NCBI RefSeq assembly: GCF_002113885.1 | Contig: NW_018408906.1 | Coordinates: 124,001 to 188,000, forward strand | Length of the DNA stretch: 64,000 bases | Reading direction: 5' to 3' | From: Mizuhopecten yessoensis | Lineage: Eukaryota | Shown here: piece by piece, positions 27,608 through 38,334 of the stretch | Position numbering within the stretch: the stretch's first letter is position 1 | How the letters are laid out: each line of letters begins with the position of its first letter | Made by a program: the position numbers and the translations under genes | The notes under the pieces: generated by a model | Seen by the model: the letters and a program-made list of their open reading frames with translations, nothing else | Databases searched by the model: none | What the model was told of the DNA's origin: nothing

Positions 27608-29373
27608 CCATATCGATAACAGACAAGATTAAAATTATATTTCAATGGAACCTTGGTATTTGTGAAATACTTAAAAGATCCCAATATGCTTGTGCTGTAA
27701 GGGATATTTACACTAGGGAAAGTACATTTTACGTGAAGGTCATGACCTGGTAGTGTGTTGCTATGGTTACTGAAAGTTGTTTAATGCCTAGATGATATTG
27801 TTCCTACTGCACAAGTGCAATAAAAAAACAATACAGATCAATAGTGCTATTACGAAGACTGTGGATAAAAGTTTTAGACAAGGTATTGCTCTTTACCTGT
27901 GAAGGATGTTTTTGCAGGCAGGTGACAAAGAATATGTAAAAAGACCCATTCATTGGATTTCCAGGGAAAATGACAAGAAAGTCAGTGGATTATGTTGAAC
28001 ACCTGAATTAAAAACTTTGTTTAAATTCCATCATGTATGTTTGCCTGTGTGAATAAAAATATTCCTCGGTGCATCAACCTGTATTTACTACATTAAAAAT
28101 GTATCAATTTACACTGAGTTGTTTCCCTTGTATTTAAGGCAGAAATTAGAAAATGACAACATGACAACTAGCTAAACTTTTGTATTTAACATTTAATGAA
28201 ATAAATTACATGTATTAAATACAGAATAGTAAAAATTATTAACAGTGCTTTGTCTTCATATGTTCTAATGGATCTTTTTTTTTCATGATCCTCCTTTGAT
28301 CTGGATTTTAACATTAGGTAGTATATTTCATACGACTAAAGAAATATTCAAATTCATTAATATTAAAAAGATTTACAATCTATGTCACTGGAGCAGCACA
28401 TGTGTAGGAGTTAACTAACGTTTCTGTTCAAGATGATGATGATGATGATGATGATTTCATGATGATGATGATGATAAAAGATATTTGTATTACATATCCT
28501 CTTGGTAAATTGATATTATTGCACATTTGTTGAATAAACTAATACAGTTTGTTAATAAGAACACAATCAGGATATAAGTAGCACAGCTTTGTCATGATGG
28601 GATCTAAACATCTTTTTCAATTTGTCTACAGATCTCTTGAAAATCCGAATTTAGAACTTACTGTTACCTGCCCTCTGATGCACGCAGGGGACCAAGAGGA
28701 AACTGGCTTTATACAGTGCTATATTGCACAAACTATACAAAAAAAATCGCATTTTGTTTTTATAAATTATGATAAATAATTCCCACAAATATATTTAATG
28801 CAGATGTGTAAAAGACTAAAATAGTTAATACCAGTCATTTTTCAAAAGTTATCAATGAAATAAATGATTTTTAAGTTGTACAATGTAATGGACAAAATTA
28901 AATTCTAAAAATCAGCTCAGTTGTTTTCTGTAAATTATTTAATAACATTTATACAACCAACCCAAGAAACCTTCAAAAGGAAATTATATTTGTACATTTA
29001 TACATGTAGTGAGACAAATAAGAGTTGAAATATTGAATTATTATGACACTAAGAAATAAACGTTCACAGCAAGGACTGGGAATCCGGAGGTGTCGCCAAT
29101 CCAAAAACCGAATTCCTGGTGTGGGCGATGTAGAAAGCATTTGACTGAGAAACTTTTAAAAAGCACAATAAAACAAACAAAACTCGTACAGAAATGTAAT
29201 GTTATTTTAGCTGCTTGGTATGTCTTAGTGGAAGGGCAAGGCATTAAAGAACTCCACCAGGGACTCAATTGACAGATCGTAGACCTGTTTATTTATCACT
29301 GTGATGGCTGTATGACGGTGGTTGTGGAGGTGTATTGATTGCCATGGTGATGACTATGGTTATAGAAAAGATA

Positions 29374-29633
29374 CCTTTACAGAAAAGTTAAGTTGGAAGC
29401 AAATTTGTGGCAAACCATTTTGTTTTCCAAGAAGTTTACAGGTTCTTGCAGCTAGCTGCAAACATTTATGACATTGCTGCAAATTTCTGCAAGCAACTTT
29501 TGTTTGCATCAACTTTGTGCCAAAGTTGCAAGAACCTGTTCATCACCAAAAATTCTTTGCAGTAAATTTGCAGCAAATGGTTACTGCAACATTGCCACAA
29601 ATATTTGGTAGATACCTCTCATTTCTGTAGGGG
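29374..29633. mobile_element. TA-flanked MITE
   Basis: TA-CCTTTACAGAAA ... TTTCTGTAGGGG-TA, with internal symmetry (TTTGTGGCAA/TTGCCACAAA). Confidence 0.7.
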
Positions 29634-30297
29634 TAGCTTATTGGTGGAGGTGGATAGGATGGCTAGCCAGGATGCTGCTCGTGGTTTTTGAATTTTTGAT
29701 AGGTCAGATTGGTTGGTTGTGGAGGCTGACTGGTTAGATAGCCAGGGTGTTTGCTCTGTTAACTAGTGGTGACAAACTTTTTTGACTGGTTAATATATTG
29801 GCTGTGGTTATGGACTTGTTGGTTATTGAATGTCAATTGCTGTGGAGATGAACTGGTTTGCTAGTCTGGGAGACGGACAGGATGGATAGCCAGGTTGTTA
29901 TTCAGGGGCGATGACTTTAGATATGGGCTAGTTGACTGGACTTGTTTGATTATGGCTGTTGAAGTGAACTGTTTTGCTAGTCATCACGTTGACTGTGGAG
30001 ATGCACTTGTTACTTGTATGGTTGTTGGCTTTAGTTATGGACACCAGGTTGACAAGGTAGGTGCAATGGCTTTATTTATGGACAGGTTGACAAGGTAGGT
30101 GCAATGGCGTTGGTTCTGAAGTGGTTTGTTTATCAGGTTGTTAGCTCTGGAGACGGACTGGTTGCATATTCAGGCCGATTATTGCAGCTATGAACTAGTT
30201 GCATCGGACTAATGGCTGTAGGTGTAGACTATTGGCTAGCCCGTCGCGATGACTTCGGCGCTAAACTGGTTTGCTAGTCAGGGTGTTTGCTGTGGAG

Positions 30298-30568
30298 ATG
30301 GACAGGTTGCCTTGTAACGGTAATGGATATAGGTATGGACAGGTTGCCTTGTAAGGGTAATGGATATAGGTATGGACAGGTTGCCTTGAAACGGTAATGG
30401 ATATAGGTATGGACAGGTTGCCTTGTAACGGGAATGGATATAGGTACGGACAGGTTGCCTTGTAACGGTAATGGATATAGGAATGGACAGTTTGCCTTGT
30501 AACGGTAATGGATATAGGTATGGACAGTTTGCCCTGTAACGGTAATGGATATAGGTATGGACAGGTTG
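30298..30568. repeat. 37-bp tandem repeat (about 7 copies) in the probable 3' UTR of TMEM243-like A
   Basis: Unit GGACAGGTTGCCTTGTAACGGTAATGGATATAGGTAT. Confidence 0.92.
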
Positions 30569-30751
30569 GTTAGTCGTTTGCGATGACTTTGGCGTTGAAA
30601 TGATTGATTTGTCAAGGTTTTGGCTGTGATAATGGAGTAGTTGATCATTTAGGTTCGTGGGTGATGACTAAAGTTTATGGAGAGGGAATGTTACTGAAGC
30701 CCGTAAACCCGCTCTAGATATACAGAGATCATGTCCAAGAAAACACCAAGT

Positions 30752-33700
30752 TCATGTCTTAGACAAGGGGTTGGGTGTGTTGAAGTCGAACAGGCTCTGT
30801 ATTGTGGCAGCTGTAATCGTAGATCTGTTAATTGGTCTGGGTGTTGTCCTTACAGAAGCCGGGTGGATATTCGTGTCGTCAGTTGGTGTGGATTTGAAAA
30901 GGTATACGTCTGTTGTTATACACTGGAATGTTATCACGGCAGCCACAATGAAAATATACCAGTATTTATCTGAACCCTGTAAAAAGACAGAAGATGAAGT
31001 TAGTTAGTCTGACGGATTTTATAGTCCAAGAAATGGTTAAATTTGATTCTGAAATCTCCAGGTATTTAAATACACATTAAATGAAGCGTTTATCATGGAA
31101 TTTCATATTTGAACTAAGCATTGTATTTAAGTAATAATACATTTAACCAGACCAATCTGGACAAAGTTGTCAGGAAAATTCAGTTCAATTTCTTTCCAAA
31201 CAACAAAAGACGCTTACCCTACCGGTACACTCGGTCCTATTCTCCCTGTACGTTTTCACGTGTCTCTGTATTAATTTTTTGTTTGTATATTTCCTTTTTT
31301 TTATCGATTTTGAGTTCAAACTATGGTTTTGTTTATTTTTTCCCCATTGAAAATCATGTTTTAGTAAGGCAAAATCGTAAGTAGAGGAAATTTGGATTTC
31401 ACTACAGTTATACTTTTAAAGGTGATAAAGCTTAAATTAAGGAATTGCCTTAAGTTTAGGGATGTTCATGGACCTTAAGCTAGCGAAAAAAAATACTAAA
31501 ATGCACCTGCGTTGGTTAGAACTTACCAAGTCGCCTCCTCTGTACCACCAGTTCTAAAGGGAATGAAGAATAAACGATGGCATTTTAGAACAGGAGCGAA
31601 CATATTATGTTTTTTCTCTCATTATACCTTGTATATTATTGTATTATTTACACTTTTTCAAACAATTATTGAAGGCCAAGTTTTGTAAAGCTTGAGACTT
31701 TGATGCAAATTTTCAAAATTCGTGGTGAAAAAACGAAAGAACGAGAATGAGGATTTTTTTTGGATTCCGTCTTTTCGGAGCGAGCAACGAAAAGATAATT
31801 TTCTACCCCGAAAAGAAACAAATTGAAAGGTTGCTAATTAGCGTGTAATTTTTCGTCTTTTTGTAAACGAACGAGATTTAAGCAAATTATTTAATCTCGT
31901 CTTATCGCCCCGAGAATTAAATGATACAATATCTCGTCTTTTTGGGGCGAAATTATCAATTATATCTTTAAGTTTTACTTTATACACAAACAACATAAGT
32001 ATTCAACATTGTTTGTGCATAAAGTAAACTTCGATATTTACATATTTCTAAACTGACTCATCTTTCTAATTCGCATGTCTTTTACACAAGAAAGTACTTA
32101 CCACAACTACTCCAACGAGCGCGCTTACTGAAACAGAAAACAGAAATAATAATGCAATACAAATCACTTTGACAGACATGGAAAACTTGTAAGATGAACG
32201 TTAGGATGTTCAATCAAGCAGAGAAAACTGACTTAAGCAACAACTGACTGAAGACGTATCCTGTTAACGTCAACCGTCCTCATGTAACCTTGGCTGTTGT
32301 GTCTCCCTAGATACCAGTCCTCATATTACCTTGGCTGTTGTGTCTCCCTAGATACCCGTCCTCGTATGACCCTGGCTGTTGTGTCTCCCTAGATACCCGT
32401 CCTCATATAATCCTGGCTGTTGTGTCTCCCTAGATACCCGTCCTCATGTAACCTTGGCTGATGTGTCTCCCTAGATACCCGTCCTCATATGACCCTGGCT
32501 GTTGTGTCTCCCTAAATACCCGTTCTCATGTAACCTTGGCTGTTGTGTCTCCCTAGATACCCGTCCTCATATTACCTTGGCTGTTGCGAGGACGTTAAAC
32601 TCCAAACAAACTAACAAAAGTAAAGCCAATCCCAAAAAGTCGTACTGACCAAATTACCTACTTGTGCTGTAATATGTCCATTGCGATCACCATGTGCAAA
32701 AGCAGTGGCAGTTATTATATAAAAAAACCTAATATATACAACAACAACAACAACAATACAAAAAAAACGGGTTTATACAACGTTTGCATTGTGCACTGTT
32801 TTCACAGAGATTCACTAAAACAACATATTCCAATCTGTGTAACTCTATAACCGTGTACTAAAAGTCTGTTTATAAATTTGTCTAATGCCTTAAACTAGTG
32901 GTTAGTTTCAGAAAAATAGACAAAATTATTTTTCTTAGCATTGTACACCGTGTCAAACAATCAATGAAAATAATGTGGTGAAGTATCATATGGACAATTC
33001 ATACTTATCTGAGAATCACGTCAAGCCTCTGTATACTTGTCAATGTACATTTCATGCCAAATTAAAGGTCACAAGCATTTCCGTGCTCTATTTCATGCAT
33101 TTCTACAAGTTTTGCCAGAAGTCCAATTGTTATACTATCGATACGAACATTTGTATCATGAAAGAGAATAGTTTATTTTCTTTCTCTCAAAATATTTTCA
33201 TTATTTGCCGTAGCTCGGTTTTAAAATTTCTTGAACAACTTAACAGAAAATAATGAAAATATCATAAGAAAACACTTAATTACTTTACATAATGCACAAT
33301 TTCGTTTCAATAGCTGCACAATTGACTTTTGGAAAATTCAGTAAAAAATGTAAAAATGAATGAACTAAAGAGCAGAAAAAAAACATTATTTTGACACAAC
33401 ACTGAAAATGCCATGTGCATTACACACCTAAAGAGAAGCTCCTTATTCGATGTACCAGGATATATAGTATACAGGTAAAACATTCGCGAATTTTCAAACA
33501 TTGCGATGTGACAATTTACACGTTGCAATTTTTCGCGCTGAATTTCCGAACCTTTAGGATATGATGTTATTGTGATACTTACTAACAGTGTTGCAGGCCA
33601 GTAAGTAAAATGTTTGGTTTCGGTGTCCTTCTACCAGGCACATGGTAAACGATATCTACAAGAGAAAGTGACATTTTAATATCAGATAAGTGATATTTGA

Positions 33701-34978
33701 CTAAGAGTCGATTGACATTTACCTGTGGTGAACCTTGCGTGGAAAGGTTATACGAGTCTACAAAAAAAAAAAAAAAAAAAAAAAAAAAAACAACACAAAC
33801 AGACAATGAGCCTTACACATGTAATGCACGGGAATTGCTAGGAAAATGTCATTCACACGAAAGGTCAGATGTGTTTATATATCGCGGAATAGTTTATGTG
33901 TTATGTAAACCAATTTCCGTGTTTTGTCTTACATATGATTTAAACAAATGACGTTCACGTCATTATGATAATACAACCATTGCAAACACATATTCAGGTT
34001 TCCGTTATTAATAACAAGGGTAATAAGAACAATAAATACTATATAATTTTAGGTCATTTTTATTTCTGCTCAATTCAAAGGTGACGTATTTGATAACTCA
34101 TAAAGTACTTGTTTCAGGGTATATACTACTTTAACTTACTATTTTCATTCCAAAGAGTTCCACAAAAAAACCCACAAAAAACAGGACGAAGTTAATTAAA
34201 AAACAAATGGTAACAAATTCGCCAACTGTCTACGGTCCCCATTCACTAAGAATCTAATTCGCGTTTCGTCCGAAGTGTATGAAATTGGACGAACATACTT
34301 TTCACTATTTTGTTTTGTCTATGACGTTCCGTCAAATGTTCATATACTGACGTCGCAACTGAAGAGATTACACTGGCAAAAAAACAATGAAAATCGGGCT
34401 AGATAATAATGCATGCATAAGTGTGATGAAAATGTGATCGTAGAATTTGTGTAAACATGCTTACCACTATCATCAGCGCCATTATTACGTTACAGAACCG
34501 GAGAAGGAAGGTCTGGAACAAAAAAAGACCATAGTTTATATATGCAGTGACCATTTATTAGAAACACATTTAGTTTGATCCCCCCTCAAAAAAGAAAAAG
34601 AAAAACTTCTTTTTTGATGATTTAAGATTATCTCTTATAAAGAAAATTTCAGCTGTAATTGATGTCACTATACCTATTCAGAAAATTAAAGAAATATCAC
34701 TGTATCCCCATAACAACATATGAAACAGGAAGTTATAGGCTTGCAAATAAATGACACAATTAAATATCCGAGTCACGAATAATTGTTTACATCCTTGATA
34801 CACATGTACAATTTAAACTAGTTCTACTAACCTTTTCTTTCCAAACATCATCATAAATGTAGAAAAATATGACAACAGTGTTACAGGTGTAAAATTATAT
34901 ATATTTTATACATACAATTGTTGGAGGAACTTCATGGTATATAGCGTTGGATTCCGTGCTGGTGACCTGGTCCGCCAT
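30752..34978 (-). CDS. TMEM243-like small multi-pass membrane protein, paralogue A (153 aa)
   Basis: GT-AG exons 34978-34916 (MADQVTSTESNAIYHEVPPTI), 34512-34465 (TFLLRFCNVIMALMIV), 33655-33583 (ISFTMCLVEGHRNQTFYLLACNTV), 32127-32102 (ISALVGVVV), 31553-31527 (NWWYRGGDL), 30976-30752 (GSDKYWYIFIVAAVITFQCITTDVYLF...KT*). All phases match. WYRGGDL resembles the WYRQGDL motif of human TMEM243 (recalled). Confidence 0.85.
32275..32618 (+). repeat. 41-bp tandem array (about 8 copies) built from a SINE 3' end
   Basis: Unit GTGTCTCCCTAGATACCCGTCCTCATATGACCTTGGCTGTT, terminating in GCGAGGACGTTAAACTCCAAACAAAC, a tail shared with SINE copies at about 41750-41815 and 50301-50350. Confidence 0.85.
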
Positions 34979-35152
34979 GTTGAAACAACGTCATGTGATA
35001 AGGGCTCACAAGACATCGTTTATTGACGCCAGATAAACAAACGTTATCGCATCACATCATCCGCTCGGAATAGCTCGACGATCTATTTATCACATTCACA
35101 TGGTTATTGTTAAACAGCCTCGATACGATATACGGAAGTGTGAGATTTCAAA
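34979..35152. promoter_or_regulatory. Bidirectional promoter between the TMEM243-like paralogues
   Basis: 174 bp between divergent ATGs. ETS-type CGGAAGTG at 35133-35140. YY1-like ATGGC contexts at both starts. Confidence 0.65.
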
Positions 35153-38100
35153 ATGGCAGACGACTCGAAGCCATTGATGAGGACTCAGCAAACCACTGCT
35201 ACCGAGGCCAATGCAGTTTTCCATGACAAATATCAGGGACCGCGAGCCGTAAGTTCGAACACAAGTCATTTACTCTCTCTATCTTGCTATTAGTTAATAC
35301 CCCCTTACCTTGATGCAAATCTTCAGTTAGCATTACGGAATTTGTGTATTATCGGTTATCAAAGTGGTCCTTTCTCGATTATGAACCAACTACAAGAAAA
35401 CCTCGTTATACTGCCAAAGTTTGGTTGTGTAGCGTTATAAATTGGTTTTGCGACATTTCGATTAAGACATTAAAAGGATTTATCTAGAAAACAAGGGGGA
35501 AAAGAACATTGAAATTCATTAGCGGTAATTGAGTTAGCAAATGAAACAAGGGCGTTATATCGAAGTTCTCCTGCTTCAACATTGGAGTATTTCTAAATTA
35601 GCTATTTGACACTTCTAAATAAACCACGAATTGTAAACAATGCAAACAGTAAAACAACAACTATTTCCCTATTTGATATGTTTTCATTTAATTTCGGTGA
35701 TCAGATTGTAATGTTGCCGTTCTATTTATATCCTCAGAGGGCGTTGCAGATTGTATTCGTCATTTTGGTTGCCATTATGGTGTTGGTACGTATACACATG
35801 CACTGTATTCGATATTGGCAACAGTAGCTATAACGATACCATCACTATAACCATCTTGTGTTATAAATAGCGTGTAATGAAAACTCGATTTGAGGCTGTC
35901 AAACACTAAGAAGAAGTCAATATTGGTTTGACGTTAAATTGAATATGACAAAAGCATAAAGCAATGAGTTCAAAGTATGGAAACACACCATACATGAACA
36001 CTTCATCACACATTTAACTGTTTGAGTGTTTGACAGATGCTTCTCTTAGTGGAAGATTCAACTCCTTTTACTGCATAATATCCTCATTTCCAGAACCCCG
36101 TACCAATGCTAAAAACTGTAACTATGCATAAAATCCTTTTGTCTCGGCATGACTAGAAAAAAACATGTACCTAACTTATACAAAAATGGGGACAATCAAC
36201 AACAGTGTTCTTAATGTTAAACGCAACAGGGCAAGACAAGGATTCGGACCCCCGATCAACTGAGCTTCCCGGTGAAAGATTAATAGAATTTTACACCCCA
36301 TTGGTGGTGAGACAGGGTAATCTCAACCCGAGGGGTAAGATTACTATTGCCGAGTGTTTGACAGCTTAAGAATCTTACCCCGAGGGTTGAGATCACCCTG
36401 TCTCACTCCCAAGGGGGTGAATAATTATTTTTCTCTAACACTGTTTACCCTTGTATTTTACATAGACGTTACATCAATGCAATACAATGTTGATGTGATG
36501 CGGCTGAACTGTCGACATGACGTCATTGTATTGTTGCCGTGACGTCATGTTATTGTTGCTATGACGTCATACAATTGTTGAGAACGTGCAAAGAACACGT
36601 GTAGCTTGTCTCAACCCTAGGGTGAGATAAGAAAATCTCACACCGGTAAAATGTTGGATATCCCTGTCCAGGGTAAGAGAAATAGTGCTCTTGCCCAGCA
36701 ACGCTACAGTAATATCCAAAACGAAATCAAGGGAAGGTTACAAAACGTACGATAAAACTAAACCGGGATTCTCTAAGGGTTTGCCTGAAGGGGGACTGAT
36801 ATCCCTGACGTAATGCATTTTTATGTTTCAATGTTTTGAGAAAATATTGATCTCCAAATTACCATGTTTTGTTTCTATCAAAACTAGAAAGCGTTCGTCT
36901 TCCACAAACTAGATTTTTATACACCACACTGAGAGTACATCAGAGACTGTTACAATATGTTTCTCAATTCTTTTCTACAGGTCTGCGTCATACTTTCCAT
37001 ATACCGAGGTATCGTCGTTGGAGAAGATGGCGGCTTGTACTTCATGCTTGGAGTCAGTCTAGTCGGGTTTGTCGTCCTGGAAATAATATTGGTAATGTCA
37101 CAATTTATTTGTCTTTGATCCTCGAAAAATAAACATATTTGAACGTATGCATATAGCAGCAAGCAAAATGTAGATGACTGCATGTTTCATGCATGTGACA
37201 CAAATAGCGAGTAAAATTACTAAAGAAACGTGTATATGGTATTCGATATGCACTTGGGAAGCTAGTGAACCTGTTTAAGGTGTTAGTTGTTACGATCACA
37301 GACATTAGTATACATCACTCATCTAAATTCAATCTAAAAGCATTATCACTAAAAATTAAATTGTTCTGGTATCTATAAAAGCAATGCGGTATAATGACTG
37401 GAAAAGAAGATGGACATTTTCGTCCTTTTATCCCTTTTAACTTGTAGAATTCATGATTATAAATCTTGTCCTAGTTTCACGAACATTCCGTAACTTACAG
37501 AAATTCCTTAATTACGATTTCCCACAGGAAAGCATTACCGAAGTTAAGGAGATTTTCCCTAGCTGAACATTTCACTTTACTCTAACAATGTTTTCCTATG
37601 GATAAAAAAGAAGTAGCTTGAAATAAGAACGTCGTGAAATGTTTGGACCGGTTCCTTCTCTATCTAAACTCTTTCCTTTTGTTCAATTAATTATTATTTA
37701 AATATTATATCATATTTTGTTTTGGTGCATTCTTTTTGTTGTCCTTTAATATCAAGTTTTTCCAATCTTGTGTATATGTTAGGGTTAGGGTTAGGTTAGG
37801 GTTCTCTGTTTTATCCTTTCTCCTCTCTTTGAACACGTTTGATAGTATCACTTCTTCTGCTTTTGTCCTGTATCGTTAAGAATGCATAGAATCAAATTCA
37901 TCTCTATCAACAACATGTCGATTTTTGACTTATTCACAAATGTTTGTGGCAACCTTCGTATTATAACAATACAATGTAATTTGAAGTTATCGTGTTCAAA
38001 AAATAATTTAAACAACGTCATATTATCAATCATATTTTTAAAAAAATCGAACGGTTATTGTATATAAACTGTCAAAGATATGTATGCACTCTTTATCATA

Positions 38101-38334
38101 ATAAGGGTAGACAATCATAGGTATTGTATGTTGCCCGATCCCCGTTGTATATAAGGCATATGCAATAAAATTAATATAACTAGTTTGTTTTAAATTGTAT
38201 GTTGGTCGTTGATCTTTCAGATAATATTTATCCGACAAGGCGAACTGCCAAAAGAGAAGACGTGGTTCCTTTATTTCCTCGGCATGTGTGTGTTTTTGGA
38301 GGCCATCTTTACAGACATATTGCTCTACAATTGA
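35153..38334 (+). CDS. TMEM243-like small multi-pass membrane protein, paralogue B (122 aa)
   Basis: GT-AG exons, all phase 0: 35153-35248 (MADDSKPLMRTQQTTATEANAVFHDKYQGPRA), 35738-35785 (RALQIVFVILVAIMVL), 36981-37091 (VCVILSIYRG...VVLEIIL), 38221-38334 (IIFIRQGELPKEKTWFLYFLGMCVFLEAIFTDILLYN*). Three hydrophobic segments, an RQGEL motif, and AATAAA near 38565. Confidence 0.87.
35391..35573 (+). mobile_element. MITE of the same family as the 62057-62199 element
   Basis: AAAACCTCGTTATACTGCC ... AAATGAAACAAGGGCGTTATATCGAAGTT matches 62057-62199. Confidence 0.65.
36282..36685. mobile_element. Palindromic interspersed element
   Basis: Long hairpin GTGAGACAGGGTAATCTCAACCCGAGGGGTAAGATT / AATCTTACCCCGAGGGTTGAGATCACCCTGTCTCAC, plus TGACGTCA repeats. 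Confidence 0.6.

Noticed and set aside
32657-32728. Possible extra exon of TMEM243-like A
   Set aside because: Its acceptor phase is incompatible, and the 33583>32127 join already gives a frame that aligns with paralogue B.
37779-37803. Telomere-like TTAGGG repeats
   Set aside because: Only about 4 imperfect units; a common TE-associated or interstitial simple repeat.
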